From an uncultured delta proteobacterium (GTDB lineage: Bacteria > Myxococcota_A > Polyangia > Polyangiales > Polyangiaceae), in NCBI GenBank assembly GCA_963850305.1, contig CAWKKR010000011.1, forward strand, positions 32,001-96,000: 64,000 nucleotides of DNA, read 5' to 3'. The notes beneath the pieces are model-generated. The model made no database searches. It had not been told where the DNA came from and was given only the letters and a program-made list of their open reading frames with translations. The position numbers were made by a program, and so were the translations under genes. Shown here piece by piece: positions 1-10,748 of this stretch. Position 1 is the first letter of the stretch. Each line of letters starts with the position of its first letter.

Positions 1-366
1 CGCGACGCCTACGTCGAGGCCGAATCAGAGCGGCAAGCTGCTCGAATAAAGGCCTTCCCCACGACGTGGGACGTCCTCCTCGCGCCGCGTGAAGCGATCC
101 TGGCGCGCGATGGGCTCGTCATCACGGCGTGGGGTCCGCTTCCCACGCCTGAGCAGTCGTCACCACCGGAACACGACGTATGTCGCATGTCCCGCCTGCA
201 ACGCGATTGCGACCAGTCCTTAAGCGGCGCGATGCCCATTTCGACCACGGTCGCGTCGATCCCTGACGGCAGAGACGTCACGCGAGAGACGGACCAACCA
301 CCGTTCACGTTGGGCCGACCCACCGCACCCGCCCCTCCTCCAGCCTCGCAGGCTCTGCGTGCGGAA

Positions 367-3300
367 CTACTGGCACACGGAGCCGGTGCAGACGCCGCTC
401 GCGCAGTCCGTGCCGGTACTGCACGACGCCGCCGACTTCCGGCGGCATACGCCCGCGCCGTCGCACGCACCCGCGATCTGGGAGACGATGACGTTGTCGT
501 AGTACGCGGTCGCGGTCTGGCTGTTCGTGTCGCTCTCATCGACGAGATCGACGTACGCGATCGTCTTGCCCACGTAGCTGGTCGCTCCCTGCGGCACCGC
601 CAGGCGGCGGTGATACCAAGTGTTGAGCGCCCGCGAGGTGATGTCGGTCGCCGGGTGCCCGCCGAGCCCGTTCTGGTCCTGCCACGTGCCGCACGTGGTC
701 GAGTTGCAGTCACGCCAGTACGTGTTGTCGGTGTCGTGAATATCGATGCCGCCCATGCCTCCGACGCTGCTGGTCAGAATGACGTCGTATTCGACGGAAT
801 CCGCGGCAGCCATCGCACGCGGAGCGCTGCCCGTCGTACCGTTGCCCCCGAGGGTCTTCCAGTAGGCGTAGGCGGCGCCGCTCGAGTTCGACGTGGCCGT
901 GAACTTCAGCGCGTTGCCGTCCCAGGTGAACGGAATGCCGCTCGTTGCGTTCGTGGCGGACACGTTCGCCGCGGTGTATCCCGATAGGTTCGGGCCATTG
1001 GTTCCGTTGTCCCCCGTGTTGAACCCGGGCGCGGCGCTCTGGTAGATGATGAAGCCGCCATAGCCTGTACCGGTGTAACCGCAGTCGGCACCCTCCGCCG
1101 CAAAGGTGTTCGGGCAGATGGTGGAAGTACCGTTACACACGTCCTGAGCGTCGCAGATGCCTGTTTGCCCGCTGCAAACGGTTCCCGCATTGCCCGCCAC
1201 GTTCGAACACGCGCCGCTCACGCAAGAGTCGACGCTGCAGGGGTTCGCGTCATCGCAGTTGACGACGTTGGCGCAGGTCGTCCCGCAGCTCGCCGTCGTG
1301 TTGATCACGCAGTTCGCGACGGTGTTCAGCACCGCAGGCCCGCGAGCACCACCCCCTCCACCCGAGTTGCTCGAACCGTTGCCCGGGTTCCCGGTCGTGG
1401 CACCGGCGCCCCCACCGGAGCCAGAGCCGTTCCCGTTGCCACCAGCGCCACCGTTGGCGGCGACGGTCCCGCTGCCCTGCACCGCGTGCGCTTCCACCAG
1501 GACCGCGCCGCCCGATCCGCCACCGCCTCCTCCGCCGCCGGTGGCAAGGAGGCCCGAGCCCGCCGTGCCCGCCGAGCCTGCTGACCCGTTGGCGACGAGC
1601 GAACCCGTCAGATTGAGCGTCCCTGCAACGGACAGCTGGAACGCGCCTCCACCGACGCCGCCTCCGCCGCCGGTTCCGTGCTGGCCGAGGATCCCGTCGC
1701 TCCCGTTGCCCCCGCTACCACCAGGGCAACCCCCGACCAACGGAATGGCCGTCGCGTTGCCGTGCACCTTGCCACCGCTAGTTCCGCTGTCACCGGTCCC
1801 GCCCGCCGTCACAGCTCCGCCTCCTCCTCCGCCCGCATCACTCCCGCCATTCGAGCCAGTGCCCGCCGAGGACGAGCAGCCGACGTCCCCGCCCGCTCCG
1901 GGCGTCGTCCCGCTCGCGCTCGCGTTGATGGTGCCTGCAATCGCCGCATCACCGAAGACCGCGATCACCACGGGCGTGCCGCCCGTCAACACGAGAGACG
2001 AACCCGACGCGATCGAAAGCCCGCGCAGGGGGAGAATGACGATACCCGACTGCGTCGTGATGGGCGTCGGGGTCGTGGCGCCGCACCAGTTGCCGAACGC
2101 CAGGGTCGTCGAGTTGAAGGTCGAGGTGCCGCAGTCGAGAGTGGTCGTCAGATCGGTATTCGTGGGGTCGAGCCCGGTGAGGCTGAAGTTGCTGGGCGTG
2201 TACGGGAACGCCGTGTAGGTCGGAGCTCCACAGACGCCGCTCGCGCAGTTGTTGCTCTGACAATCCGTGTTGCCGTTGCAGTCCTTGTTCTGCGGGCACT
2301 TGGCGCAGCTCCCGCCACAATCCACGTCCGACTCGTTGCCGTCCTTTTTCCCGTCGCTGCACCCGGCCGCCGCACACGCGTTATTGACGCAGTTGCCCGT
2401 CTGGCAGTCCGTGTTGGCGCTGCACCCCTGCCCATTCGGGCATTTGCCGCACGTCGGACCACCACAATCCACGCCCGTCTCGTTGCCGTTCAAGACGGTG
2501 TCGCTGCACGTTGCGGCCTGGCACACGCTGGACTTGCAGACCTTGTCGACACAGTCGTTGCCGGTGTTGCATGCGCTTCCGTCCGCGCACGGCGAACACG
2601 AGCCCCCGCAGTCGACCGCGGACTCGGAGCCATTCTTGATGTGGTCCGCGCACGTCGCCGCCTGGCAAACGTTACCGACGCAATTCGAACTCGCGCAGTC
2701 GCCGGCGACGCTGCAGGCGGTACCGGCGTTGCAGCCCGGACACGTCCCGCCACCACAATCCACCCCGGTTTCCTTGCCGTTCTGCACCGAGTCCGAACAC
2801 GTCGCCGCCTGACATGCGTTCCCCGTACAAACGCGACTCGAACAGTCCGTCGCAGACAGACAAGCCTGGCCGGTGCCGCAAACCGGGCACGTGCCGCCAC
2901 CGCAGTCCACCCCGGTCTCGGAGCCGTTGGAAATGCCGTCCGTGCACGAGGGCCCCTGGCAGATGTTCGCCGAACAGCTCTTGCTGGCGCAGTCCGTGCC
3001 CACCGCGCACTTCTCGCCAACCGGACACCCACTGCACTTCGTGCCACCGCAATCCACGTCGGTCTCGGTGCCGTTCTTCACGCCGTCGTTGCAGCCCGGC
3101 GCGGTGCAGACGCTCGCGGAGCAATAGCCGGAAGCGCAATCGCCGCCGGTCAGGCACCCACCGCCGTTCTGGCATGTCGAGCACGTGCCGCCGCCGCAGT
3201 CCACGCCGGTCTCCGCGCCGTTCTTCGCCCCGTCGGAACAGGTCGGCGCCTGACATGTCACGTTGCAGACGCTCGTCGAGCAGTCCGTCCCGGCGCTGCA

Positions 3301-6297
3301 CTTCTTACCTTGCGCGCAGACGCCACAGGACGCTCCGCCGCAATCCACGTCCGTCTCGGTGCCGTTCTGCACGCCATCCGTGCAGTTCGCAGCGGCACAG
3401 GCGCCGGACTTGCACACCTTGGACACGCAATCCGTCCCGACCCCGCACGCCAGACCCGCCGTGCACGGCGAGCACGAGCCGCCGCAATCCACATCCGTCT
3501 CCGCGCCGTTCTTCACACCGTCGGAGCACGTGGGCGCCTTGCACTTGTTGCTGGCACAGACTCCGCTCACACAATCCGTCCCCGAATTACATGCGCTCGA
3601 CGTGCTGCACTTCGGACAGGTGCCGCCGCAGTCCACATCGGACTCCGCGCCGTCCTTGACGCCGTCCGTACAGCTCGCGGCGGTGCACTGGCCCGACGAG
3701 CATGCCGCGCCTCCTGCACAGTCCGATTGCACGAGACACTTCAATCCGAGGGCGCAGGTAGCGCAGGTGCCGCCGCCGCAGTCCACGTCCGTCTCCGCGC
3801 CATTCTTCACCTTGTCGGAACAACTGCCGGCGACGCACTTGCCACTCGTACACACGTCCGAGGCGCAATCGCTGGCAAGCGCGCAAACCTTGGTCGCCGC
3901 GCACGCGGGGCACGTCCCGCCGCCGCAATCCACGTCCGTCTCCGCGCCGTTCTTCACGGCGTCGGAACACGAGGGCGCCTGGCATTTGCTACTCGCGCAG
4001 ACCTTGCTCGAGCAGTCCGTCGTCGCGGTGCAGTTCTTTCCCGTGCCGCAGGCGGGGCAGGTGCCGCCGCAGTCGATGTCCACTTCGGTCTGATTCTTCA
4101 CGCCGTCCGAGCAAGTCGGAGCCTGGCAGGTGCCGCCGGCGCAGACCCCACTCACGCAGTCGCTCCCGACCGAGCACACGCCGTTCGTCGGACACGGGGC
4201 GCATTGCGAACCGCCGCAGTCCACGTCGGACTCGGTCCCGTTCTTCACCTTGTCCGTGCACGACGCCGCCTGACAGACACTGTTCGAGCAAACCTTGCTC
4301 TTGCAGTCGCCGGGGATGCGGCACGCGAGGCCGTTGCCGCAGGGCGAGCACGTCACACCTCCGCAATCGATGTCGCTCTCGTTCGCATTCTTCACGAAGT
4401 CCGAACAGGTCGGCGCCTGACACACGCCCGCGCAGACCAAGCTCGTGCAGTCGCTCGGGCCATCGCACACTCCGCCCGTCGCGCAGGGGTTACAGCTTCC
4501 ACCGCCGCAGTCGACGCCGGTCTCCGTGCCGTTGGAGATGCCGTCCGTGCACGTCGCCGCCTGGCACACGCCGTTCTGACAGTTCTTGTTCTTGCAATCG
4601 GAGTTCACCTTGCACGTGTCCGCGTCCGCACAAGGTGCGCAGCTCCCGCCGCCACAATCGACGTCGGTCTCCGTCCCGTTCAGATGGCCGTCGGCACAAC
4701 CCGGCGAGGTGCACACGTTCTGGTAACAGAAGTTGCTCGCGCAGTCGGCGTTGCCATTGCACGCCCCGCCCGTCGAGCAGCCCGAGCAGGTTCCGCCACC
4801 GCAGTCGACGTCCGTTTCGTTGCCGTTCTTCTCCTTGTCGGTGCAGGTGGCGCCCTGGCACACGCCGCTCGAGCAAACCTTGGTCGTGCAGTCCGTCAAC
4901 AGGACGCACTTCTGCGTCGCGGCGCACGGTCCGCACGAAGTGCCACCGCAGTCGACGTCCGTTTCGTTGCCGTTCGCCGCCCCGTCACTGCAGGTAGGCG
5001 CCTGGCACACGCCACCCTGGCAAACGTCCGACTCGCAATCAGCCGCGACCTTGCACCCCATACCGGACACGCACGGGGAGCACGTGCCGCCGCAATCGAC
5101 GTCCGTCTCCGTCCCGTTCTCGACTTCATCGGCACAGCTCGCCGCACGACACAGGGAGTCGTTCCCGCAGATGAGACTCTGGCAATCCGTGTTGACGCTG
5201 CAGCCGATGCCGGCGACGCAGCCGGGGCAGAGACCGCCGCAGTCCACGCCGGTCTCGTTGCCATTCATGACTTTGTCGCTGCAGGAAGCGCCAGCGCAGA
5301 CTCCGCTCGTGCAGAGCCCCGTCGTGCAATCGGCGGAGGTTCCGCACTTGCTACCGACGCCGCACGGCACGCACGGCCCGCCGCAATCCACACCGGTCTC
5401 GCCGCCGTTGGCCACTCCGTCCGAACAGGTCGGGGCCGCACAGGAGCCGGTCGTGCACACGCCATCGGTACAGTCTCCGCCGAACCGACACGACGCGCCG
5501 TCGGCGCACGCCGGACATGAACCGCCACAATCCACGTCCGTCTCCGTGCCGTTCTTGACTCAATCGGTGCAGAGCGGCGCCTGGCATGCCGAGCTTTCAC
5601 AGATCGAACTCGTGCAATCGCTGGGGGCTCCGCAGCCGGCGCCCGGCGCGCACGCAGCACAGGAGCTGCCGCCGCAATCGACGTCCGTCTCCGTGCCGTC
5701 CTTCACCTTGTCATTGCACGTGGGAGCCTGGCAAAGCCCGTTCATGCAGAAGCCCGACGCGCAATCGCCCGGGACGCTGCATCCTTGTTGAAGGGCACAC
5801 GGGGGACACGTTCCGCCGCCGCAATCCTGTCCCGTCTCCGCGCCGTTCTTCACGCCGTCGGTGCACGTCGGAGCCTGGCATTGGCCGCCCGTGCACACCG
5901 CGCTCGTACAATCTGCTCCGACGTCGCAGTGCCTTCCGGTGTCGCAGGGCGCGCATCCTGTGCCGCCACAGTCGACGTCCGTTTCGCTGCCGTTTTGAGT
6001 ACCGTCTCCGCACTGGGCCGAGCGGCACTGATCGCCGAGACACGTACCGCTCGCGCAGTCCGTCGCGACGCTGCAGCTCGCGCCGAGCGCACAAGGGGTG
6101 CAGCTGCCGCCGCAGTCGACGTCCGTCTCGTCGCCGTCGCGGACACCATTCTTGCATCCCGGCGCTAGACCGCCGTCAGCGCCGCCGGTGCCGCCTTTGT
6201 TGCCGCCGCCGGAGGACAGGCTGTCGAGCCCCCCCGTCGTGCAGCCCGCCACACAAAAGAAGACGAGGAGGAAGCGAACGAAGTTACGAACCGTCAC
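367..6297 (-). CDS. Giant Cys-rich surface lipoprotein (~1976 aa; ~27 'E[TS]DVDCGG' repeats, Gly-rich domain, CTDC/disintegrin-like Cys modules, C-terminal non-repeat domain); interrupted by one in-frame TGA at 5560-5562
   Basis: ORFs 5560..6297 and 367..5535 are in the same frame and read ...APLCTD*VKNGTETDVDCGG... across the stop. N-terminal lipobox FFCVAG-C. I counted 27 DCGG repeat cores. Confidence 0.85.
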
Positions 6298-6421
6298 TTT
6301 CTTCAGGATACATCACTGCCGCCGCCCGAGGGAGCCAGGCACGCCCGTCCCCCCCCTCACCAAGGGTGCGGCGTGCACACACATTGCCGCGGATTTCAGG
6401 CCCTCGCCGCCACTGGCAGAG

Positions 6422-8098
6422 TCAGGCGGCGACGCCTGACGAGCTTTGCGACAGCCGGTTGACCGCACTCAGAATCGCATCGAAGGAGGCTCGGACGATG
6501 CTCCGGTTCACACCGACGCCGAACGCGGGGCGCCCGCCCGCGTGCCCGTGAACATAGGCCACCGCCTTCGCGTCCGCGCCCTCACCGAGCGAATGCTCCG
6601 AGTAGTCCGTGATGTGGAAATCGATTCCCTTGACGGCATTGAGCGCCGCCACGAACGCCGCGACGGGCCCGTTCCCGACCGCCGAAAGCGCAATGCTTCC
6701 GCCCAGCTCGGCGACACGACCTTTCAAGCGGCAACTTCCCTGCCCGTCCGGAATTGCCGAGATAGCGGATTCCAACAAAGCTAAGGGACGCTTGACGAGA
6801 TACTCGCGCTCGAACGAACCAAGGATCTGCTCCGGTGACAGCTCGGCACCCGTCTCGTCGGCCATCCTCTGGATCACCTGACTGAACTCGACGGAGAGCT
6901 TCCGGGGCAGGCGGAATCCATGATGCTCCTCCATGATGTACGCGACGCCTCCTTTGCCCGACTGGCTGTTGATCCGGATGATGGCCTCGTAGGTGCGCCC
7001 CACGTCCGCTGGATCGATAGGCAGATAAGGAACCTGCCACACGCCGGAAGATGAGGCGCGCTGCGCGGCGAGCCCCTTCTTGATCGCGTCCTGATGCGAG
7101 CCGGAGAACGCGGTGAACACGAGCTCGCCGACGTAGGGATGCCGTGGGTGAATCGGCAGACGGTTACACTCCTTCACGATGTCGGCGATCGCGTCGATAT
7201 CGTCGAACTGGAGGTGGGGGTCGACGCCCTGGGTGAGCAGGTTGAGGGCGAGCGTCACGACGTCCACGTTCCCGGTACGCTCGCCGTTGCCGAAGAGCGT
7301 GCCTTCCACCCGCTCGGCGCCCGCCATGACGGCGAGTTCCGCGGCGGCAATGGCCGTGCCGCGATCGTTGTGCGGATGCACCGAGAGCACGATTGCCTCT
7401 CGGTCGGCGATGTTCCGATCGAACCATTCGATCTGATCGGCGTACACGTTCGGAGTCGCCATCTCGACTGTCGCCGGGAGATTCAGGATGATCTTGCGCT
7501 CGGAGGTCGCGCCCCACTCGCGCATCACGGCCTCGCAGATCTCCTTCGCAAAATCGAGCTCGGTACCCGTGAAGCTCTCGGGCGAGTATTCCAGCAGCAC
7601 CTCCGTTTCCGTCATCGCCAGCGCGAACTCGGCGACGAGCGTCGTCGCGCGCGCGGCGATGTCGACGATGCCCGCGCGGTCGAGCCCGAACACGACGCGT
7701 CGCTGCAACGTGGACGTCGAATTGTAAAGATGCACGATCGCGCGTCGAGCGCCGCGGATCGACTCGAAGGTCCGGCGAATGAGATCCTCACGCGCTTGCG
7801 TCAAGACCTGGATCGTCACGTACTCGGGCACGCGGCCCTCCTCGATCAGCCGTCGCACGAAGTCGAACTCGGTCTCCGATGCAGCAGGAAAGCCGACCTC
7901 GATTTCCCGAAATCCAAGCCGCACGAGGAGCTCGAACATCGCCACCTTGCGCTCGAAACCCATTGGTTCGATGAGTGCCTGATTGCCGTCGCGCAAATCC
8001 ACGCTGCACCAGAGTGGTGCGCGCGTGATCGTGCGTGACGGCCACCTGCGATCGGGCAGCTCGATGGGAGCGAAGGGTCGATATTTGAAAAACTCCAT
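6422..8098 (-). CDS. leuA: 2-isopropylmalate synthase (mycobacterial/yeast-type LeuA)
   Basis: Motifs DLRDGNQAL, HPHNDRG, GNGERTGN, FSGSHQDAI, RINSQSGKGG and the C-terminal allosteric domain GNGPVAAF. Confidence 0.97.
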   Translation of the reverse strand: MEFFKYRPFAPIELPDRRWPSRTITRAPLWCSVDLRDGNQALIEPMGFERKVAMFELLVRLGFREIEVGFPAASETEFDFVRRLIEEGRVPEYVTIQVLTQAREDLIRRTFESIRGARRAIVHLYNSTSTLQRRVVFGLDRAGIVDIAARATTLVAEFALAMTETEVLLEYSPESFTGTELDFAKEICEAVMREWGATSERKIILNLPATVEMATPNVYADQIEWFDRNIADREAIVLSVHPHNDRGTAIAAAELAVMAGAERVEGTLFGNGERTGNVDVVTLALNLLTQGVDPHLQFDDIDAIADIVKECNRLPIHPRHPYVGELVFTAFSGSHQDAIKKGLAAQRASSSGVWQVPYLPIDPADVGRTYEAIIRINSQSGKGGVAYIMEEHHGFRLPRKLSVEFSQVIQRMADETGAELSPEQILGSFEREYLVKRPLALLESAISAIPDGQGSCRLKGRVAELGGSIALSAVGNGPVAAFVAALNAVKGIDFHITDYSEHSLGEGADAKAVAYVHGHAGGRPAFGVGVNRSIVRASFDAILSAVNRLSQSSSGVAA

Positions 8099-8130
8099 GG
8101 TCTCGGGCCTCGTTTCGATGTTCGGAAGAC

Positions 8131-8169
8131 AAAATGCAAAAACCCTCCAGCCAGGACGGCGGGAGGGTT
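8131..8169 (-). terminator. Intrinsic terminator of the leuA attenuator
   Basis: Minus strand AACCCTCC-cgccgtcctggct-GGAGGGTT followed by TTTGCATTTT, between the leader ORF and leuA. Confidence 0.85.
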
Positions 8170-8194
8170 CGCGCGAGGCTTCGTTCAGTCCGCG

Positions 8195-8260
8195 CTACAC
8201 CGCTCCCGCCTCCTTAAGGAGGAGCGAGAGAAGCAGGCTGAGCGGGAGCGAACGGTTCAT
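8195..8260 (-). CDS. Leucine attenuator leader peptide MNRSLPLSLLLSLLLKEAGAV (21 aa, 8 Leu)
   Basis: Translated by hand (absent from the ORF track). Leu codon cluster upstream of leuA, with mutually exclusive 1:2, 2:3 and 3:4 pairings. Confidence 0.85.
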   Translation of the reverse strand: MNRSLPLSLLLSLLLKEAGAV

Positions 8261-8354
8261 CACGGGACGACTCAGTATCGACCCTGCCCACGCTTCTTCG
8301 CAAGGGGTTTCTTGCCAGCATGCTCGAACGCACGCAGGGCGCGCTCGCGGTCTT

Positions 8355-9701
8355 TCAGACGGATGGCGTCCCGGCGAATAGCTTCTCGTAGTGCGCTTGA
8401 ATCGCAGGGCTCCGAAGCCGACCCCAAAACGTGCTGATGCCGAGCCAGATCGCGAGCCCGTTCATGTCGCGGAACATCGGCGGGACGTAGCGCGGCGCCT
8501 GCACGACGCCTTCCTGCGCACGCGACACGAGTACCGGCAGGTCCTCGAAATCGGTCTTCCCCACGAAGAGCCACGCGATGAGATCCGGTCGTCCAGCGGC
8601 GATGGCGCTCCGCAGAAAATTGTAGCTCGACACGAGCCCCTTCGTATAAACGATGTCCTTCGTGAACGGAGCGCCCCCCGAGATCACGCCTCCGCGAAAG
8701 ACACGCTGCGTGCTCCAGAAACACGTCTCTTCGTCGTAGCCTTCCGTCCGAAACCACTCGAACACGTCGAGGAAGGTGGCGCCGTCTTCCGCCTTGTCCA
8801 CGGCGAGAACGCGGTCGTTCAACCTACGTGCGCGGCTCGGATGACTGCACAGCGTGAGCACCTCGAGCAAGGCCGCGAGTCCTTCCTGGCTCGACGCGAC
8901 GCGCGGCGAGCCGATGGCGAGCCATTTGGCGACCGGCTGCCGCTGGCCGTTGATGCTCGTCGCGACGTGCACCCAACCCTCGTGCACCTCGAGCAGCTTC
9001 AGATCGCGTTCGCTGAACATCGCTCCGCGGCGCACCTTGATGTAGTCGCTCCCCGCCGCCGCGTCCGCCACGATGCCGTCGTCCAGAATCACGCGGATCG
9101 AATCTTCTTCGAAGTACACGCGGAGCCGCTCGTTCAAGATCTCGACGGCGCGCGACGCCGGAATGTCGCGCGCTGGCTGCGGGCCGAGCACCTTCTCGTC
9201 GAGGTGCGTGAGGATGTCGTAAAGGTCGAGCGCGACGTCGCGGATGCGAGTGACGTCATCCGCGAACGTCTCCTTGGGAGAGCCGTACAGGCGGGCGGAG
9301 AGCTCGTGGAAGCGCTTCGTGCCCCGGGCGCGCAGCATCTCCACTGCGCCCACGAACTGGATGGCGGTATCCGACACGATCCTGCCGATCGAATCGTCGC
9401 CGAGCTCTAGCCGCACCTGAGCCTCGATAGCGCGCATCTCCGCGATGACCGCGTCGGGATCGAAGCCGAGCGGAATCGCTCGAGCGTAATAGTCGGGGCC
9501 GATTGGCGGCAGCTTCTTCCACTTCGAGTCGCGGAACCGTTCGAAGACGGTCGGGTCCCACTTGATCGCGTTCAGAATCCGGATCGGGCGCTGTGCATCC
9601 ACCAGCCGTTGAGCGAGACGCGCGAGGCGTTCCTTGTAGGACCGCCAGGGCGCGCCGGGGCTCGATTTCCCGTCGTCGCGCGGCGGAAGGTCGGACTGCA
9701 T
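8355..9701 (-). CDS. DUF1704 / QEGLA-motif metallopeptidase-like protein (MATCAP-related family)
   Basis: HEGWVH and SSQEGLA motifs; FTKDIVYTKG motif typical of the family. Confidence 0.88.
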   Translation of the reverse strand: MQSDLPPRDDGKSSPGAPWRSYKERLARLAQRLVDAQRPIRILNAIKWDPTVFERFRDSKWKKLPPIGPDYYARAIPLGFDPDAVIAEMRAIEAQVRLELGDDSIGRIVSDTAIQFVGAVEMLRARGTKRFHELSARLYGSPKETFADDVTRIRDVALDLYDILTHLDEKVLGPQPARDIPASRAVEILNERLRVYFEEDSIRVILDDGIVADAAAGSDYIKVRRGAMFSERDLKLLEVHEGWVHVATSINGQRQPVAKWLAIGSPRVASSQEGLAALLEVLTLCSHPSRARRLNDRVLAVDKAEDGATFLDVFEWFRTEGYDEETCFWSTQRVFRGGVISGGAPFTKDIVYTKGLVSSYNFLRSAIAAGRPDLIAWLFVGKTDFEDLPVLVSRAQEGVVQAPRYVPPMFRDMNGLAIWLGISTFWGRLRSPAIQAHYEKLFAGTPSV

Positions 9702-9782
9702 CCCGTCAATATACGGGAAAAGGCCCCCCGGCGACGGATACCGCGCTTCGAGACGACTCGGCGGTGACGCCGCGGCATTCGC

Positions 9783-10635
9783 TCAGCGAGATTCCCCGCC
9801 GCTGGCGATGCGGCGCGCGACGGCGGTGGTCAACCGTTGGTGAGCGGTCGGAAGCGCTCGCACGACGAGATCGAAGAACACCGCGTCGGGCCCGACGAGC
9901 ACTCTTCGCTGATTCCTTTTCACCGCTCGGAGGATCGTCTTCGCCGCGTCGGCAGCGGACGTGATGAACCACTTGTCCGCGCCGCTCCGGATCTTCTCGG
10001 GGTCCCTGGAAAGGAACTGCTTCGCATCGCCGGAAAACCGACTTGCGCGGGCGATGTTGGTCTTGATGCCACCCGGGTGGACGCTGGTCGCACTGACGTT
10101 CGCACCCGCGAGCTCCAGCTCCTGCCGGAGTGCCTCGGTGAAGCCGCGAACGGCGAACTTCGTGGCGTTATAAGCGGCCTGACCCGGCGCGGAGAGAATG
10201 CCGAAGAGGCTCGAAATGTTGGTGACGTGCCCATCCCCCGACGCGTGGAGGTGCGGGAGAAACGCCTTGGTGCCGTGCACGACACCCCAGAAGTTGATCC
10301 CCATGATCCACTCGAAGTCTTCATAAGTGATGCCCTCGACCGTTGCCGCAACGGCGACGCCGGCATTGTTGAAGACCAGGTTCACGCGGCCGTGTTCGGC
10401 GGCTACCGAGTCTGCCCATTCGTGAACGGCTGCGCGCTTCGCGACGTCCAGCACAGCGGTCGTCGCGCGAACCCCGTGCGCGCGAACGAGACGCGCAGTT
10501 TCCTCGAGCGACTCGGCATTGATGTCGGAGAGCGCGAGGTGCGCGCCGTCACGCGCTAACTCAACGGAAAGGGCGCGACCGATGCCCGAGCCCGCGCCGG
10601 TCACGGCGGCGACCTTGTTTCTGAAGGATTTCACG
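9783..10635 (-). CDS. SDR family oxidoreductase
   Basis: TGAGSGIG, NNAG and YNATK motifs. Probable GTG start at 10635 (ORF extends to 10670). Confidence 0.93.
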
Positions 10636-10748
10636 CCAGATCCGATACGGTCGGCGAGGACCGGCGTCAATCACGGCCAGTCGAGCGGACGCCGCCTCCC
10701 ACAACGGAGAGGCGGCGCCCGCAACCGTTCCAGATCACGCCATGGCCA

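Noticed and set aside
1..358. Coding region at the window start
   Set aside because: No frame gives a recognisable protein; a gene may end at TAA 47-49, but this cannot be supported.
1678..5520. 1280-aa plus-strand ORF and other long antisense ORFs (e.g. 40282..41760, 43939..45552, 54661..56922)
   Set aside because: Shadow frames of high-GC genes on the opposite strand, with Arg/Ala/Val-rich composition and no motifs.
5560..5562. Selenocysteine or genome-wide TGA recoding
   Set aside because: The codon aligns to a variable, mostly Gly position rather than a Cys, and many genes in the window end normally at TGA.
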